From Octopus sinensis (Eukaryota), in the NCBI RefSeq assembly GCF_006345805.1, contig NW_021831287.1, positions 208,083 to 272,082 of the forward strand: a stretch of DNA of 64,000 bases, written 5' to 3'. The notes under the pieces are model-generated. The model made no database searches, was not told where the DNA came from, and was given only the letters and a program-made list of their open reading frames with translations. Both the position numbers and the translations under genes were made by a program. Each line of letters opens with the position of its first letter. Within the stretch, counting starts at the first letter, position 1. This document shows, piece by piece, positions 23,720 through 37,195 of this stretch.

Positions 23720-25450
23720 GATGAGTCGCCGAGCGGATGGACAGGCAATTTCCACGTGACGATATCCGCTGAAAAAGTCAGCTCGTTTCACAACTGTCGT
23801 GACTCCTCCTCGAGATGATTAAACCAATCTCTGAGAGGAGTTTGAGAGCTTTTTGGCCAATTACCCCACTGGTTTTGAAAGCCAGGGGGACGAAGCAACA
23901 AGGCGAATATCTTCAGTTATGTGCGAACAATATAATATTATCTCAGTTCCTTTGAGCAGATGGAATGTCCGGGACTTTAAGCCTCCGAGAAATCCACACG
24001 TTGACACCAGCCGTATATTCCAACAACTCGCACTGTTCAGAAGAGGGAAAAAGAACAGAGTTGACGAAATTAGTGGAAGCGGACAACGAAGATAGGTAAC
24101 ACGGAAGAGATAAATCACGGCAAGAGCGAATACCGATGCCCTCATAACGAATGGGCAAATTAACACGCAGCGTATCACCGGATTTGAATTTTATGTTTAC
24201 CAGTAGCTCAAGGGCTTTTGAAACCAGATTATCGAGGCGAGATAAGTATTCTTGTTCGAGGGATTTGAATAATCTTATTTATTATCTATGAATTTGAATA
24301 ATTTTATATTTTTGACAATTTTTTGATATGATGTTTTTATAAGGCTAATGATCCATAAAGTTTTTTTTCTAATTTTCTGACCTTTTTTTCCCTACTTTTG
24401 TGCAGTGGTTTCATATTTTGAATATATGTTTACTACACACAATTATTATTAATAGCACTTTTACGGACCAAAGATGTTGTGCTGATCAAGGTCGTTTGTA
24501 CCAGTCATAAAATTTTTTTAACATGAGAAAGAGAACAAATAAGTGATAGGAAAATACACATACTGCAACTTCGGCTGCCGGGGCTGATAAGGGATATTTA
24601 TAAGCTCACACTTGCTGGCGTTTACTTCCAGTCCAATTTCAAAAAGGGTGGGAATTATGTTGAAAATATTTTCAATCACAGTATCAGCAGTTGCATGATC
24701 GAGATACCACAGTTTGAAAGTAGAATCGTTTGGCGTACGGCAGAGTCAATACTGAGGCTAAAAACTGCTTTACCCTTACGGAAGACGTAACTCGTCGATA
24801 TACATCGTGCGTACTCTCCTCTTTTACTTTTACATACAACCTGGGACGTAAATTGTATCACCACGTCGAATCTTCTTGCGCTGTTATTCGCAAAGTAATT
24901 TTCATTACTATATTATTTACAAGTCAATTTTGCAGCTGAGAACATCATTAGTACGACGGTAGTCTCGATAGTGTCAATTCTATCATTCCTTGGAATTGTA
25001 TGGTTATCACTACACAAAAACGCTTTATGTAGGGTAGATCTAAAATTCGGGAGATTAGTTGTTGATTCATCCCAAAAGAATTCGTTGAAAGCACAACTGT
25101 GATTTGAGGGAATTTCGTCTGTATATAAACGTCATGAGCTCGGTCTTCATACTGTCCAAGACCTTCTTTCCAATCAATAAATTGATCAGGAATCGGAAGG
25201 CTGTGTATTTCAAGCGACTCATATGCGTTTATGAGATACGAGATTCCGCCACTGTTATCCCAATTGAAAGAATAAATGCATGCGAGGATCTCCTTTATAA
25301 GTACTTTCACATCCAGTAAGGATTTTATGAAGTGGAATGGCCGCATATTCGTCGAGGCCGGCAGGTGCTCGCGCTTGAGTAGATCCAAGATCTCAGGTGT
25401 CGTAGGCAGTATTGTGCCGTTGTTGGAAATAGCGCAGAAAACTCCCATTA
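23720..25450 (-). mobile_element. Interrupted CRE retrotransposon fragments
   Basis: LPIRYEGIGIRSCRDLSLPCYLSS (23943-24160) and PTTPEILDLLKREH..ACIYSF..SGGI (25250-25450). Confidence 0.7.
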
Positions 25451-26724
25451 TTTTTTTAATTTGACATGTTTTATAGTAATTATTTTTTGATAGTTTTATA
25501 ACTTTTATAATAAAATCGTGTGTTTTTTTACCAATTTTCTATGAATTATATTTATGAATTTCAAATAAATATGATTGAAAATGGTCTTTGATTAAAAATG
25601 TCAAATTTGATATGGAAAAAAGTGATGAGACTATCAAAAAATATGAATTTTTTTCTGCAATAGATATAAATAATTATCTTCTGGTAGCTTTTTTTGAACT
25701 GGTTGATTAGTCTTGATTTTAATAAAATTGATTAATAAATTCTGATTAGTATCATTAAAATTATCAGGTCGTTAAGAATATAATCAGGCGTATAACACTA
25801 GGGAGAAGTATCATAATGAGATGCTGTTTTTCATCAAAAGGCTTCGGTGAACTATTTGTAATAGATATAATTCGCACAAATATTGCGAAATCCTGAAAAA
25901 ATGTCTGTTACGTTCGGCACTAAATTAAATTTGACACAAAAATGGACATTCAACAATGGAAAAAAACTAATTATTCTAACTAATTCAGAATTGGAACGTC
26001 CATTATCTTCTTTTGTTTTATAATTTTTCTTTTTATTGTAATGCAGATGATTAAACCGCTAAAAGCTAGACATCTCATTCGAAAATCAAAGGCCAGGCTA
26101 TACAATTAGGAAAAACGTTATGTCACATTCAGGGAGGAATATAACTAGTGATTACTGTCTTAAAATCGGATTAAAATTGATAAGTCTATTCATAACACGT
26201 CCCTATTGTACTAGAAAAGTTTAAAAATGCCCCTTAGTAATATAACTGGACATGAATAGCTTTGCTTAAGGACTAGACTAGTCCACAACTGGTTTGTGTG
26301 GTGAAAGAGAAAATTTTCGAATATTTTTGATAATTTTACTAATTATAAGTAGAATATAATTAAGAAATGTATTTGGCAAGAACTACGGCATGAGGAAACA
26401 TACCGCGTAGAAACCAAAATTTTTTGTCTCCGTTTTATAACATCATTTAAGAAAACGATACAAAAACGGAACATGTAACAAGAAAAACAATCACGTGAAA
26501 CATTTATAAATTTTATTTATTTAATTAATACAAATTGTAGTAAAAATATATAATAATTAAATGAAAAATATTATTTATCTAGATAATTCTTTTGTTTTCA
26601 TTTATAAATAAGATTATCTCATAATCAAAATTACTAAATATAAATTAGATTTATTTAAAAATAATTAAAAATAATAATAAAATATTAATAAAATTAATTT
26701 CGTAATAAACATTACATAATTTAA

Positions 26725-27913
26725 ATGATAACAGTAAATTCAGTGAGTTTTGGCAACAATGAAAGGTACCCGAAACTAGTCCCCTAATCACTCCCAGTGT
26801 ACTCTCATTGGGGACAACCTTCGGATACAGGACATTCACCTTCAAAAGTCATCGTCCCCTCGTCCAATTCCACTCAGAAACAATTAATGACATTGTTTTA
26901 TTTGAACAAATTACTTCACAAAATTTCGCGCTCTTTGTTGCTCAAAATAATCGGCGCCTTGTGGTATGTTTATCACTCGAGACCCACATGATCCTCAACT
27001 CATTTATTTTCCCCACAACCGTCCATTCAATTCGCGCCAATTCTACTGTACCTTTTATTTAAATATTTAGATTTTCGCGGTTAAATTTGGAGCAAAAATC
27101 GATATTTTTTCAACAAAAAAAATATGTCAAATCACATCTTTTTCTGTCGATCCTGAATCAGGTGAGGATGCCGTGGCGATTTGTTCTTCTTGGATTGCCT
27201 TTTCGGGGACCAAGGGTCACCTCACTGTCCTCCAAGTGGGCAAGAATGACCCCCAAGAACTCGTCTGTTTTGAAGAAAGTATTGGAATTGTCAATTTTTC
27301 CCACTCCCGTGATTATTTGGCAGTTTCTACCACCACGGTGATTTCTCCGTGATTGACCCGACAGGGGGTTGTTATCAAAGTTTATGATCCGGCCAAGAAT
27401 ACACTTCTTTTTCAGTTTGTAAGAGGACTATTCAGGCATGGCGGGAAAATTTAAGTAATAGAAATGTAAAAATGACTTCTTTGACATTTTGCGGAAAATA
27501 TTTGGTAGCGTCGTCCGAAACGGAGTCCGTTCATGTTTTTGACTTGTCGGAAGAGAAGAGAGATGAGTCTGTCTGGTGGACATTGGCAAAGACTTCTTTG
27601 AGTTTTCTCCCCTTCGAGACAGCCAAAATGGTCACATGGACTCGAGCTGTGGCCACAATTCACCTTCCCTGTGAGGCAGGACGGGTTACAAGGACTCGTG
27701 CTTTTGAGTTGTTTTTGTGTGGTTTGTATGTGTAGACATAATGGGGAAATGTTTTTGTATGTTTTTTCTGGATTGGGGTGGTTTTATTGCTTTGTTGTGG
27801 ATGATTGTTATTCGGTTAGACAAATTGAGTCACATTTTTTGTTGTATCACATTTTTGATTATTTTTTTTGTAGAAATAAAAAATACTGGGTTAGTGGGGG
27901 AGACACCTTGTGA
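26725..27913 (+). CDS. WIPI/Atg18 (PROPPIN) beta-propeller, divergent paralogue A
   Basis: Spliced MITVNSVSFGNNESVLSLGTTFGYRTF..YLAVSTTTGVVIKVYD..LFQFVRGLFRNVKMTSLTF..YLVASSETESVHVFDL. Introns include 26766-26797 and GC-AG 27436-27461. Confidence 0.85.
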
Positions 27914-28039
27914 TTTTTTTGACCATATTCTCATATCTTTTTGTAAACTTCATAAATTTTTGTATTTGAGTAATAATCTATTTTTTATAAACTCTTTTTA
28001 TGAAATTAGTTAGTTTAAGGATGTGCCTGAATATTGTGT

Positions 28040-29340
28040 ATTTTTACTTAAGGTTGAACATTCACTAATAATAGAAATCCGGAATAAAAATATTTTTTAG
28101 TAATAAGTTTTATTCATTACAAATACCAAATATGTCAGCCAGATAATATACTTTAAGCATGAAAATATCGCTATTAAATAAATTGGCAAATTCGGTCGAC
28201 CTAATATTTCGTAAAAATAAACTAATATCATTTCACAGCTCGGAAACCCGTGATAGTTCTTTACTTCTTTATAACCAGCGTACTTCAGTATCAAATAAAA
28301 CCACTAGTAAAGCAAATATGTTTTAAATTCTTTGCAGAGTATTTAAAAAGTCTAATTTGTAGCCTTACCTTGAATTAAATTCACAATTTTGACTGTTGAA
28401 TCAAATACAATTTTTTAGCTTAAATGGGAAAGTTTTGTAGCAACTGAATATTTTCAAATGATGCAGTGTTTCATAATTACATGTGGTGCTATTTCTTTCA
28501 CCAATCTGACAAAACTAAAACGCTATTTTATCATAGCTGGTGACCAATCTCTACAAATATATTCAACTTTATCCCAGTGAATACAATTGTTACGTAAAAA
28601 GCCAAAAAAATCAAGAATATCATTAGCCGTTGATCTCGCAGTTAATTCCAAACAAAATAAAGTCGTCATGAATTAATTCTCTGTCGACAAAACGAACAAA
28701 TGCAACAAAATCATTTTTAAATGTTATATCAATAGATTTATCCAATTTTATACTAATTATTCATGTGCTGCCATTTATTTTCATAAAAAGTTGTTCCAAA
28801 AAATTACAAAACATGTCTCGTTTTCGATTCGTAATCATATTATTAGATAAAAGTACATTTTTACATTTTTGTAAAACATTTTAATACGGTAGGTTTATTA
28901 AATTTTTTCTGGAAGAGTGAGATACTTTGTTTTTGGCAATAATTAAGGATATCTAAAATGGTTATCTATTGGTCCAAATCAAAAATTACTAAGTTTCCAA
29001 ATTTATATTTAGTTTTCTGCAATAAAACTTTTGGCAGTGTCAAAATTTGTGTGAGTTTTTTTATTATATCTAAGCAACCAAAAGTTGAGCTAAAAAATCA
29101 ATAATTGACCTCCACAAAGTCAACAAAATTGATCCAAAAAGAGAGGAAAATTGACCAGAATGTAGGCCTAAAAAGAAGTTCTCGAAATGACAAAAAATTC
29201 TATCTTCGTTAAAAAGTTTTAGAATTTCATTCGAGTTCAATCTCTTTGATATATTCATTTATTTTACTTTTATCATCGTTTTCATCGAGTTTTTACAAAA
29301 AATTCAAAGGTTTTTGGATTTAAAAGTTCCTCGATTCTAA
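28040..29340 (-). mobile_element. Decayed hAT (Charlie/ZBED-like) transposase relic
   Basis: Fragments such as LFCLELTARSTANDILDFFGFLRNNCIHWDKV and PHVIMKHCII; many stops. Confidence 0.55.
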
Positions 29341-29628
29341 AAACATCAACGATTGGGGAATATCTCAACATTTGCACATCAAATCGTATCATCCACAATC
29401 TGACAAATTTATGTTGATATTTGAATTCTGAAGATAACTTGAATCCGATAATATTGAAAAAAATGATTAAGGCAGGATTCCTTAGTTTATCTAAATATAT
29501 TTAAAGTCTCTAGAAGTAATTTTGATAAATTAATTTATAATTAAGTCAATTTAAATTTTATTTATTAAAATTGTTTATTATTTTATTTACAATAAAATAT
29601 TATCTTTGTTCTAGTGGTGATTCCAAAA

Positions 29629-30276
29629 ATGAGAAAAGAAAGAGCGACATGTTACATCTGCAAGACCACTGGTTACAAAGAAAAGATGTTGGCATGTAAA
29701 GACTGTCGCCATTGCTGTTTTGTCACAATCTAACCCATCAGACCACTCCCAATGTCTCAATTACTCCCCAGAACTAACTCAAAATGCAAAATCCTCTCCA
29801 TGGCAATGTTTTAGCTGTAAAACATGTGTCATTTGTCTTGATGTTACCTATGAAGAGGATCTATTAGTTTGTGATCGATGTGACTTGGGGTACCACACAA
29901 CCTGTCACGTGCCTCCCCTGGATGGGCCACCAAATGGTCCTTGGGTGTGCCAAAGGTGCTGTCAGGGAGACTCAGACTGTTCAGAATGGTCAGTTCAGGA
30001 GGTAATAAACCCGTCTAACCTACAGGTAGCAGATTGGATAAAGAAAAATGGATTTCCAGGTGAGGCAGAGCAGTTTATTCACAATGTTTGTAAATATGGC
30101 TAGATTTGTAGGAGATTGATGGAATGGCTTTGATCTTTCTGAAGAGATCGGATGTTTTAAAAGGAATGGGACTCTTGTTAGGGCCAGCCTTGTTGATTTA
30201 TGAGTGTATTGAGGCACTACAAAGAAGGCGTTTTCTTACTGATAGTCTTAGAAAAACTATTACCGATTCGGCTTGA
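29629..30276 (+). CDS. Double PHD finger + SAM domain chromatin protein (SAMD1/DPF-like)
   Basis: CYIC..MLACKDC..YHSQCL..WQCFSCKTCVIC..LLVCDRCDLGYHTTCHVPPL..PNGPWVCQRC, then SAM WSVQEVADWI..GFPGEAEQFIHNEIDGMALIFLKRSDVL..GLLLGPAL. Three tiny introns (first 29717-29741). Confidence 0.85.
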
Positions 30277-31019
30277 ATGATTTTTTTAATTTTTTTGGAT
30301 TTAAGTTTTATTTTAAAGATCGTAAAAGTATTTGATTAAAGCTTGTATTTTAATTACTTTTTACTTTATAAACAACTAAGATAAGATTCGAACCTACGAT
30401 ATTATGGTTTGTAATAACAACGTACAGTAAATTATTTCAAATTTGACATTTTTGGTTTTGTCAAATTTTCGGCAAATTTTGGATTTAATCAATACTTTAA
30501 AAAATTTTAGAAACTTTTCGTTGATAAAAACTACCAGATTATTGAATTTTAATGAAATAATATTCAATTTTCATTTTTTGATAGTTTGGATTTTTTCTTT
30601 AAATCTATTAATTGCTTTAATAAAGACAATATCCTCTTCGTTTTCAATATTTTCATGAAGATACTTATCAATTTTTATTAAGTTAAATGCTATTTTATTC
30701 TTGTTTAAAATTTTCATTTCAGTAGCTTCTTCATGGATGAGTATCTCACTTTCATAATGGTGTTATTTCTTTATTATCTATCGCATTTTTTCAGAATAAT
30801 TTATTCACATAAATTCTTGAATTTCAATCGGAATGTAAATATCCGTCTTGTATAATGTTACTTTGACAATCCTCAGATTTACTAACGGTGTGGTTGTATC
30901 CGATGTTTATATAATTCAGATACCTACATGTGTCAATACAATATCCGCCGTAGACCTCCCTCTTCTGAACCCACTTTGTCCCACAGACAAAAATTTGTCC
31001 ACGGTAGGAGATATTGTAT

Positions 31020-31950
31020 AAAGGACAATTAACCACAGTAGTTTTCGTAGAGATGTTAAGAGAATTATAGGTCAGAAATTTTCTCAACCACATACTGGGA
31101 GTAGACCTATCCAGGGCGTTTGACTCTGTTCGCAAGGGAAAATTTATACAGCTATTGGAAACATTGTTAGATGAGGACAGCTTGAGAATGATACGTGTCC
31201 TAGTTGCGAATACTGATCTGGAAGTGTGGGTTGGCTCGGAGCACTCTTGTAAATTCAAAACACACATTGGCATTCCACAAGGTGATCTCCTCTCCGATCC
31301 TATTTTTCATCTATCTGGAAGCTGCTCTTCGTGATCTGAGAGCTAAAATTGGCCCAAACACCATCATGGAATTAATATATGCGGACGACATAGATTTTGT
31401 TTCAGAAGAGATGAATGATATCAAAATTCCACTTGAATACGCTCCTGAAGTATTTGGAGAGTGGTTCTTGAGAATGAATGAACAAAAGACTGAGTTCATT
31501 ACAGTCACACGAGAAAGTAAATTTTCCTGAAAGATATGGAGGAGATCAAGAAAAGTCGGGTCACTGCTTGGTGACTGGGAAGATGTCCAACGAAAAAAGA
31601 TATTGTCAACATTAGCATTGAAGAGGCTCAAATCGACATGGCTAAGTTACGCGCATCTCTCAAATCCCGTAAAAGTACGTTTGTAAAATGCTTTCATCCT
31701 GCCCATTTTACTATAAATCACAGGAACATGGGGACTGAATCAGAAATGTATAGAAAGTCTCAATGCTTTTCACAAAAAACAACTCAGGTCATTACTGAAA
31801 ATACACTATCCAATAAAGATCAAGAACCAAGACTTATACTCAGCTTTCAAAACAGAACAATTAGATGCAACTATCACTAAAAGCCGATGGGGACTCTTTG
31901 GCCACATACCTCAGTTCCTGCTAATGACATCATGGAAACATACTTTCAAT
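31020..31950 (+). mobile_element. RTE-like non-LTR reverse transcriptase fragment
   Basis: VDLSRAFDSV, GIPQGD, SPILFFIYLE and YADDIDF; frameshifted. Confidence 0.85.
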
Positions 31951-32260
31951 GATAATAAATATTAATGCATCGTTCAATAATGCGCTTAAAAATTTAAAAA
32001 CATTAGAAAATACCTTTTGCTTTTATTGAATCCATACAATCAACAAGTTTTTCACCAAGTTGAAGTAATTTAACTTTTTAATTGTTTTTGTAGATGAATT
32101 TTTAGTTCCGAATTGTTCTAGAATTGACTCACAACTCTTTAAAATAACGTTAACTGTATAATATACAATTTATACAAAAAAAATATATCGGCAATTTTTT
32201 TGGGATAATAATCTTATAATTCAATATTTGCACTTTTTGTTGGATAGTGAGTCTGTATAT

Positions 32261-33497
32261 CAGTGGTTCCCAACCTGGGGTCCGCGGAGCCAGTTTTGGG
32301 GTTCCGCGAAATTTATTATATTTATTTAATAATAGTTTTTAATTATTAAAATATATTAAACATCCACGCTTATATCTTGTTTCTCTTTTGAGTTAGTTGG
32401 TCAATTTTATAAAATTTTTAATGAGAAACAATAATTGCATAAGAGATTCCAAAAAATATTCAAAAAAGGTTTTTTTATAATTATAATTTCAGAAAAGAAA
32501 ATGTGATGAAAGCTACCTCTCATATGGGTTTTCTCAGAATGGATCTGATTTACCACATACGGCAGAATGTGTAATATGTCATCATATAATGCCTAACACA
32601 TCTCTTGTTCCTGCCAAACTATCAAGACATTTATTGATGAAGCATTCTCATTTAAAGGATAAAGATATTTCCTTTTTTCAAAACAAATTAAATGCATCTA
32701 CAAGGTGCAAGTTGGAAACGTCCAATTTTGCGAAAGACGACAATTTAAAATCTTATGAAGTATATAATTATTTTAATCAAACAGGTGAGTTATCTTGTAG
32801 CACGTTGTGGAGAGGCACATACAATTGCCGAAAATCTTATAAAGCCATGTTAAAAAAAATCATCGAGTGTATTTATGGCGAACAAATGTCTAAGAAACTG
32901 GATCTTGTTCCTTTGTCAAATAATACTATTTCAAGGCGAATTCAGGAACTTTCGGAAAATATTGAAACACAGTTACTAATTCGTTTGAATAATTCGAATG
33001 GTTTCGCTATTTAAATTGATGAATCAAAGTTAAAGTAATACCAGCAAATCTAACATCAATTGAATATGAACATCTTATTGATTTGACATCAGAATCAGCG
33101 TCACATCAGTTCAATAAAAATGAATCCCTTTTTAATTTTTGGAGGGGATACATTTCAAAATATCCAGATATCTCAGAAAAGGCTATACGTAAACTATTAC
33201 CTTTTCCAACGACTTACTTATGTGAGTCTGGGTTTTCAATATATACATCCACCAAAACAAAATATAGAAATAAACTTAATGCTTCCGCTGATATGAGGAT
33301 ACAGTTGTCAACAATAACTCCTAACGTTACACAACTATGCTATGATAAAAAATTAGCTCAATGTTCACATTAAAATTGTTTTTTGTTATTACTATTGTGT
33401 TTTAAGTGAAATTATAATAATTGAATTGAAAGGGGTTCTGCAAAAAATAAATTAGCTCAAAAGGGTTCCGCGAGCACCTTAAGGTTGGGAACCACTG
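32261..33497 (+). mobile_element. hAT Charlie/Buster element (ZBED5/SCAND3-like), internally deleted
   Basis: TIR CAGTGGTTCCCAACCT, 8-bp TSD CTGTATAT; PAKLSRHL, PLSNNTISRRI and PFPTTYLCESGFS. Confidence 0.92.
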
Positions 33498-33725
33498 CTG
33501 TATATCAACCACATGAATCACAACAAAGAATAATGATTTTTTCAAGAATTAAAAGATAGTGACAAATTTCCACTACAAATTAAAAAATTTCTTCAAAAAT
33601 TGGCAAAATTAGTAAATTTAAGAGATTTTAATGATTCAAAAAATGACCAAATGAAGAACAAATTAAATGTTAAAGAAATTAGAATTAAGATAATTAGAAT
33701 TGATTAGGCTAAGTCGATTCAGTAT

Positions 33726-34201
33726 TTACGCCTGTATGATTGGAATATTCGAATTCCTTTTGATGACCGTTTTCATTTCCTCATCTTCTTCTCCTTCTTC
33801 TATATTGTCGTCACCTTCCTCATTCTCATCTAGAAGACATATCCACCACATTCTACCTTCTTCTAAATCTTCCGATTCCTCTTCTTTAATAGTCAATTCA
33901 TTTTATTTATAACCTTCATCGGACTCTTCCTCTTCATTCTCTTCTCCTTCTGAGTCTTCAACCTCTTCTGTCTCCTCTGAATCTTCGACTTGGTTTGAGT
34001 CGTCGATTTCGTCTTCTTGCGCATGAAGAGAATTAGTTGAATTATTGGTGACTTCTGGAGGGGCTTTATTTTATTAAATGTAATTTAACTTGAATTATTA
34101 TTTGAAATATTTGCGGGTGGTCTTGAGGCACAAAGGACCTTTATTTGTATTATTATAAACTAATATACTATTAACAATACATGAATAAGCAAATATTTCA
34201 T
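33726..34201 (-). CDS. Putative secreted, highly acidic (Glu/Asp-rich) protein; possibly pseudogenised
   Basis: MKYLLIHVLLI|VLCAS signal peptide across a 30-nt intron, then EDEIDDSNQVEDSEETEEVEDSEGEENEEEESDE. One later splice junction does not keep frame. Confidence 0.5.
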
Positions 34202-34709
34202 TTTAGATATGAATTACAATAAAATAGTTTATATACCACTTTTACTGCCATATGTTATATAAATGCTCTTTGAGTGTAACACGTGTAATCAAGTAGAACC
34301 TATTTTTGCTATGGGAATTTATGTCAAAAGCTCTCGATATATCAATCTGGAGTTTATAAAATCTTGAACAACTTAATAACATGATTATATTATTTTTACC
34401 TTAGTTCGCTTGACTTTTTCTTTTTAATACTTAAACATTGGCTTTTCTAATAGTAATAAATAAAAAATGATTCTATTGTCAAATCACATAGCGATACAAA
34501 ATTCTGTGATTGTGGTCATATGGATTTTTCTTTTTTGTTCAGCCTACAAAATTGCTACTTTTCACAAGGAAATTAACTTTTGCCTATTGAAATCCAAAAT
34601 AAATATGTGAAACCGAAAAAAGGGTGAAGCCATCACAGGTGTCAACAATGATAATTGCCATAAGTCGCCATAAAATAATAATCCACATTAAAATAAGTAC
34701 GTCAACCCA

Positions 34710-35050
34710 ATGTCCAATATCAGGATGTTTGTTAAAGATGATGCAGATTACAACATACTGAAATCTATCCTTAACAGGAAAGACGTGGAAGTTAGAAAGT
34801 TTCGACTAAAAAAAGCTGAAAATTTCATTCTTATTGACAGAAATACTAATCGACTCCACAAAATTGTTACTAATCGACTCGAAATACTAATTGACTGATT
34901 TAACAAACACAGAAGAAATGAAAATCATTCCTGAAAAAATTTACAAAACAAACCATTGTGAGAATAATGCCCTATATGTACTTTTCAGAAAAGATTTTTC
35001 GTAATCACGCGAAACACATGAAGGAATGGATCGATCAAGATATGAATTTA
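34710..35050 (+). mobile_element. Ginger integrase N-terminal fragment
   Basis: FVKDDADYNILKSIL..RLKKAENFILI matches FIKNSEEYDILCRIL..LRKKAEKFILI at ~22030-22150. Confidence 0.6.
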
Positions 35051-35938
35051 AAATTGGAGACAGTACATTCAATTTATAATTACTTAAAAGATTTGTATTC
35101 AGATAAACCAGGGGTCGGCAGAATTTCCGACTTCACGAGCTGGATTGTAAAAAATTATTGGTCTGTGGGCCGGATAATTTTTTTTACTTATTTAAGACTA
35201 ATATTAATAAAAAATCGTTTTAAGAACATAATCAGACTGCAAATCTATAAGTTCCAATTGATAGATTTCTGATTTCTACATCGGAAGGTATAGAAAACAT
35301 GTTAAATTCGTCTGAATGAGCTTTAAATTCCAAAAATCGAGATGAAAATTGTGATTTCAATTTGATAAGGACATCTAAAAAATCGATCATTTGATTTTGG
35401 TTCTTTTTAAATTTGGGAAATGAATGAAGTTTCGATTTTCGAATTGACAAATCCATAAATTAATCTTATTTTCAAATGCAATAATGTGAGAATATATGTG
35501 ACATGTATCAGCAGATTTTTTCCTTATACAGTGACTCCTCTGAAATTGGCCATTTTTGGTTCCACGTGTTTTTGTGGTCAATTCGAGAAATGGCCAATTT
35601 GAGAAATAAAATCAATCTTTTGTGTAAATTAAATTTTGAATAAGAACAACTTTTATCCAGAAAATTTTAAGTAATTAAGCATTATTAATGTTCTTAAAGT
35701 AGAATTGGATGCCCATCTGCTTTTTTTGAGTTTTAATGACATTTTCCTTATAGCGCCTTATGGATGTAATCAATTGAACTTCATGTTCGTTCTCAATGTT
35801 TTTTAGGAGGTCGTTTTTAATTTTAGTTAACTTAACCACAATGTCTTATTTGTCAATTGAATCATTGGATTCTACTTCATTGGATTCTACTTCAGCTTCT
35901 ACTTCTTCTTCATCTTAATAATAAAATGGTATGGTGTG

Positions 35939-35969
<31 letters not shown>

Positions 35970-35995
35970 GTGTGCACACCAACTTCAAATTGGCA

Positions 35996-37070
35996 ATACG
36001 ATGTCCTCGACTTACATGATGAGGTCCTTAAAACCTTCCCCCCAAAAAAAATTAAAAAAAAATTTTCTGCATTTTGGTTAAAATGAACAACTACGATGTC
36101 CTCGACTTACATGATGAGGTACTTAAAACCTTCCCCCCAAAAAAAATTAAAAAAAAATTTTCTGCATTTTGGTTAAAATGAACAACTACGATGTCCTCGA
36201 CTTACATGATGAGGTCCTTGAAACCTTCCCCCCAAAAAAATCAAAAAAAATTTTCTGCATTTTGGTTAAAATGAACAACTACGATGTCCTCGACTTACAT
36301 GATGAGGTCCTTAAAACCTTCCCCCAAAAAAAATTAAAAAAAAATTTTCTGCATTTTGGTTAAAATGAACAACTACGATGTCCTCGACTTACATGATGAG
36401 GTCCTTAAAACCTTCCCCCCAAAAAAAATTAAAAAAAAATTTTCTGCATTTTGGTTAAAATGAACAACTACGATGTCCTCGACTTACATGATGAGGTACT
36501 TAAAACCTTCCCCCCAAAAAAAATTAAAAAAAAATTTTCTGCATTTTGGTTAAAATGAACAACTACGATGTCCTCGAATTACATGATGAGGTCCTTAAAA
36601 CCTTCCCCCCCAAAAAAAATCAAAAAAAAATTTTCTGCATTTTGGTTAAAATGAACAACTACGATGTCCTCGACTTACATGATGAGGTCCTTAAAACCTT
36701 CCCCCCAAAAAAAATTAAAAAAAAATTTTCTGCATTTTGGTTAAAATGAACAACTACGATGTCCTCGACTTACATGATGAGGTCCTTAAAACCTTCCCCC
36801 CAAAAAAATCAAAAAAAATTTTCTGCATTTTGGTTAAAATGAACAACTACGATGTCCTCGACTTACATGATGAGGTCCTTAAAACCTTCCCCCCAAAAAA
36901 AATTAAAAAAAATTTTTTTGCATTTTGGTTAAAATGAACAACTACGATGTCCTCGACTTACATGATGAGGTCCTTAAAACCTTTCCGCCAAAAAATCAAA
37001 AATTATTTTCTGCATTTGATTAAAATGAACAACGTTAATGTCCTCGACATTCATGATGAGGTCCATTAAA
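35996..37070. repeat. ~95-bp tandem array, 11 near-identical units plus 1 degenerate, inside the Helitron
   Basis: Unit AACTACGATGTCCTCGACTTACATGATGAGGTCCTTAAAACCTTCCCCCC-A-run-TT-A-run-TTTTCTGCATTTTGGTTAAAATGAAC; variation mostly in homopolymer length. Confidence 0.97.
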
Positions 37071-37195
37071 AATCTCACGTATTAAGAATATCCTTGATGA
37101 AAACGACAGCGAGAATATTAACATGATGAACTCCCATTATTCGCGATAAAGAAATTCAATTCATCTTATGATTTTCTCTTTTAAAATAATGCATA

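Noticed and set aside
25780-26460. Possible decayed integrase relic
   Set aside because: Only scattered weak motif traces; no termini found.
35996-37070. CRISPR array, hammerhead or C/D snoRNA cluster (ATGATGA), or repeat-protein ORFs
   Set aside because: No unique spacers and no cas genes; no CTGATGA..GAAA core or box D; unit length varies by homopolymer and shifts frame.
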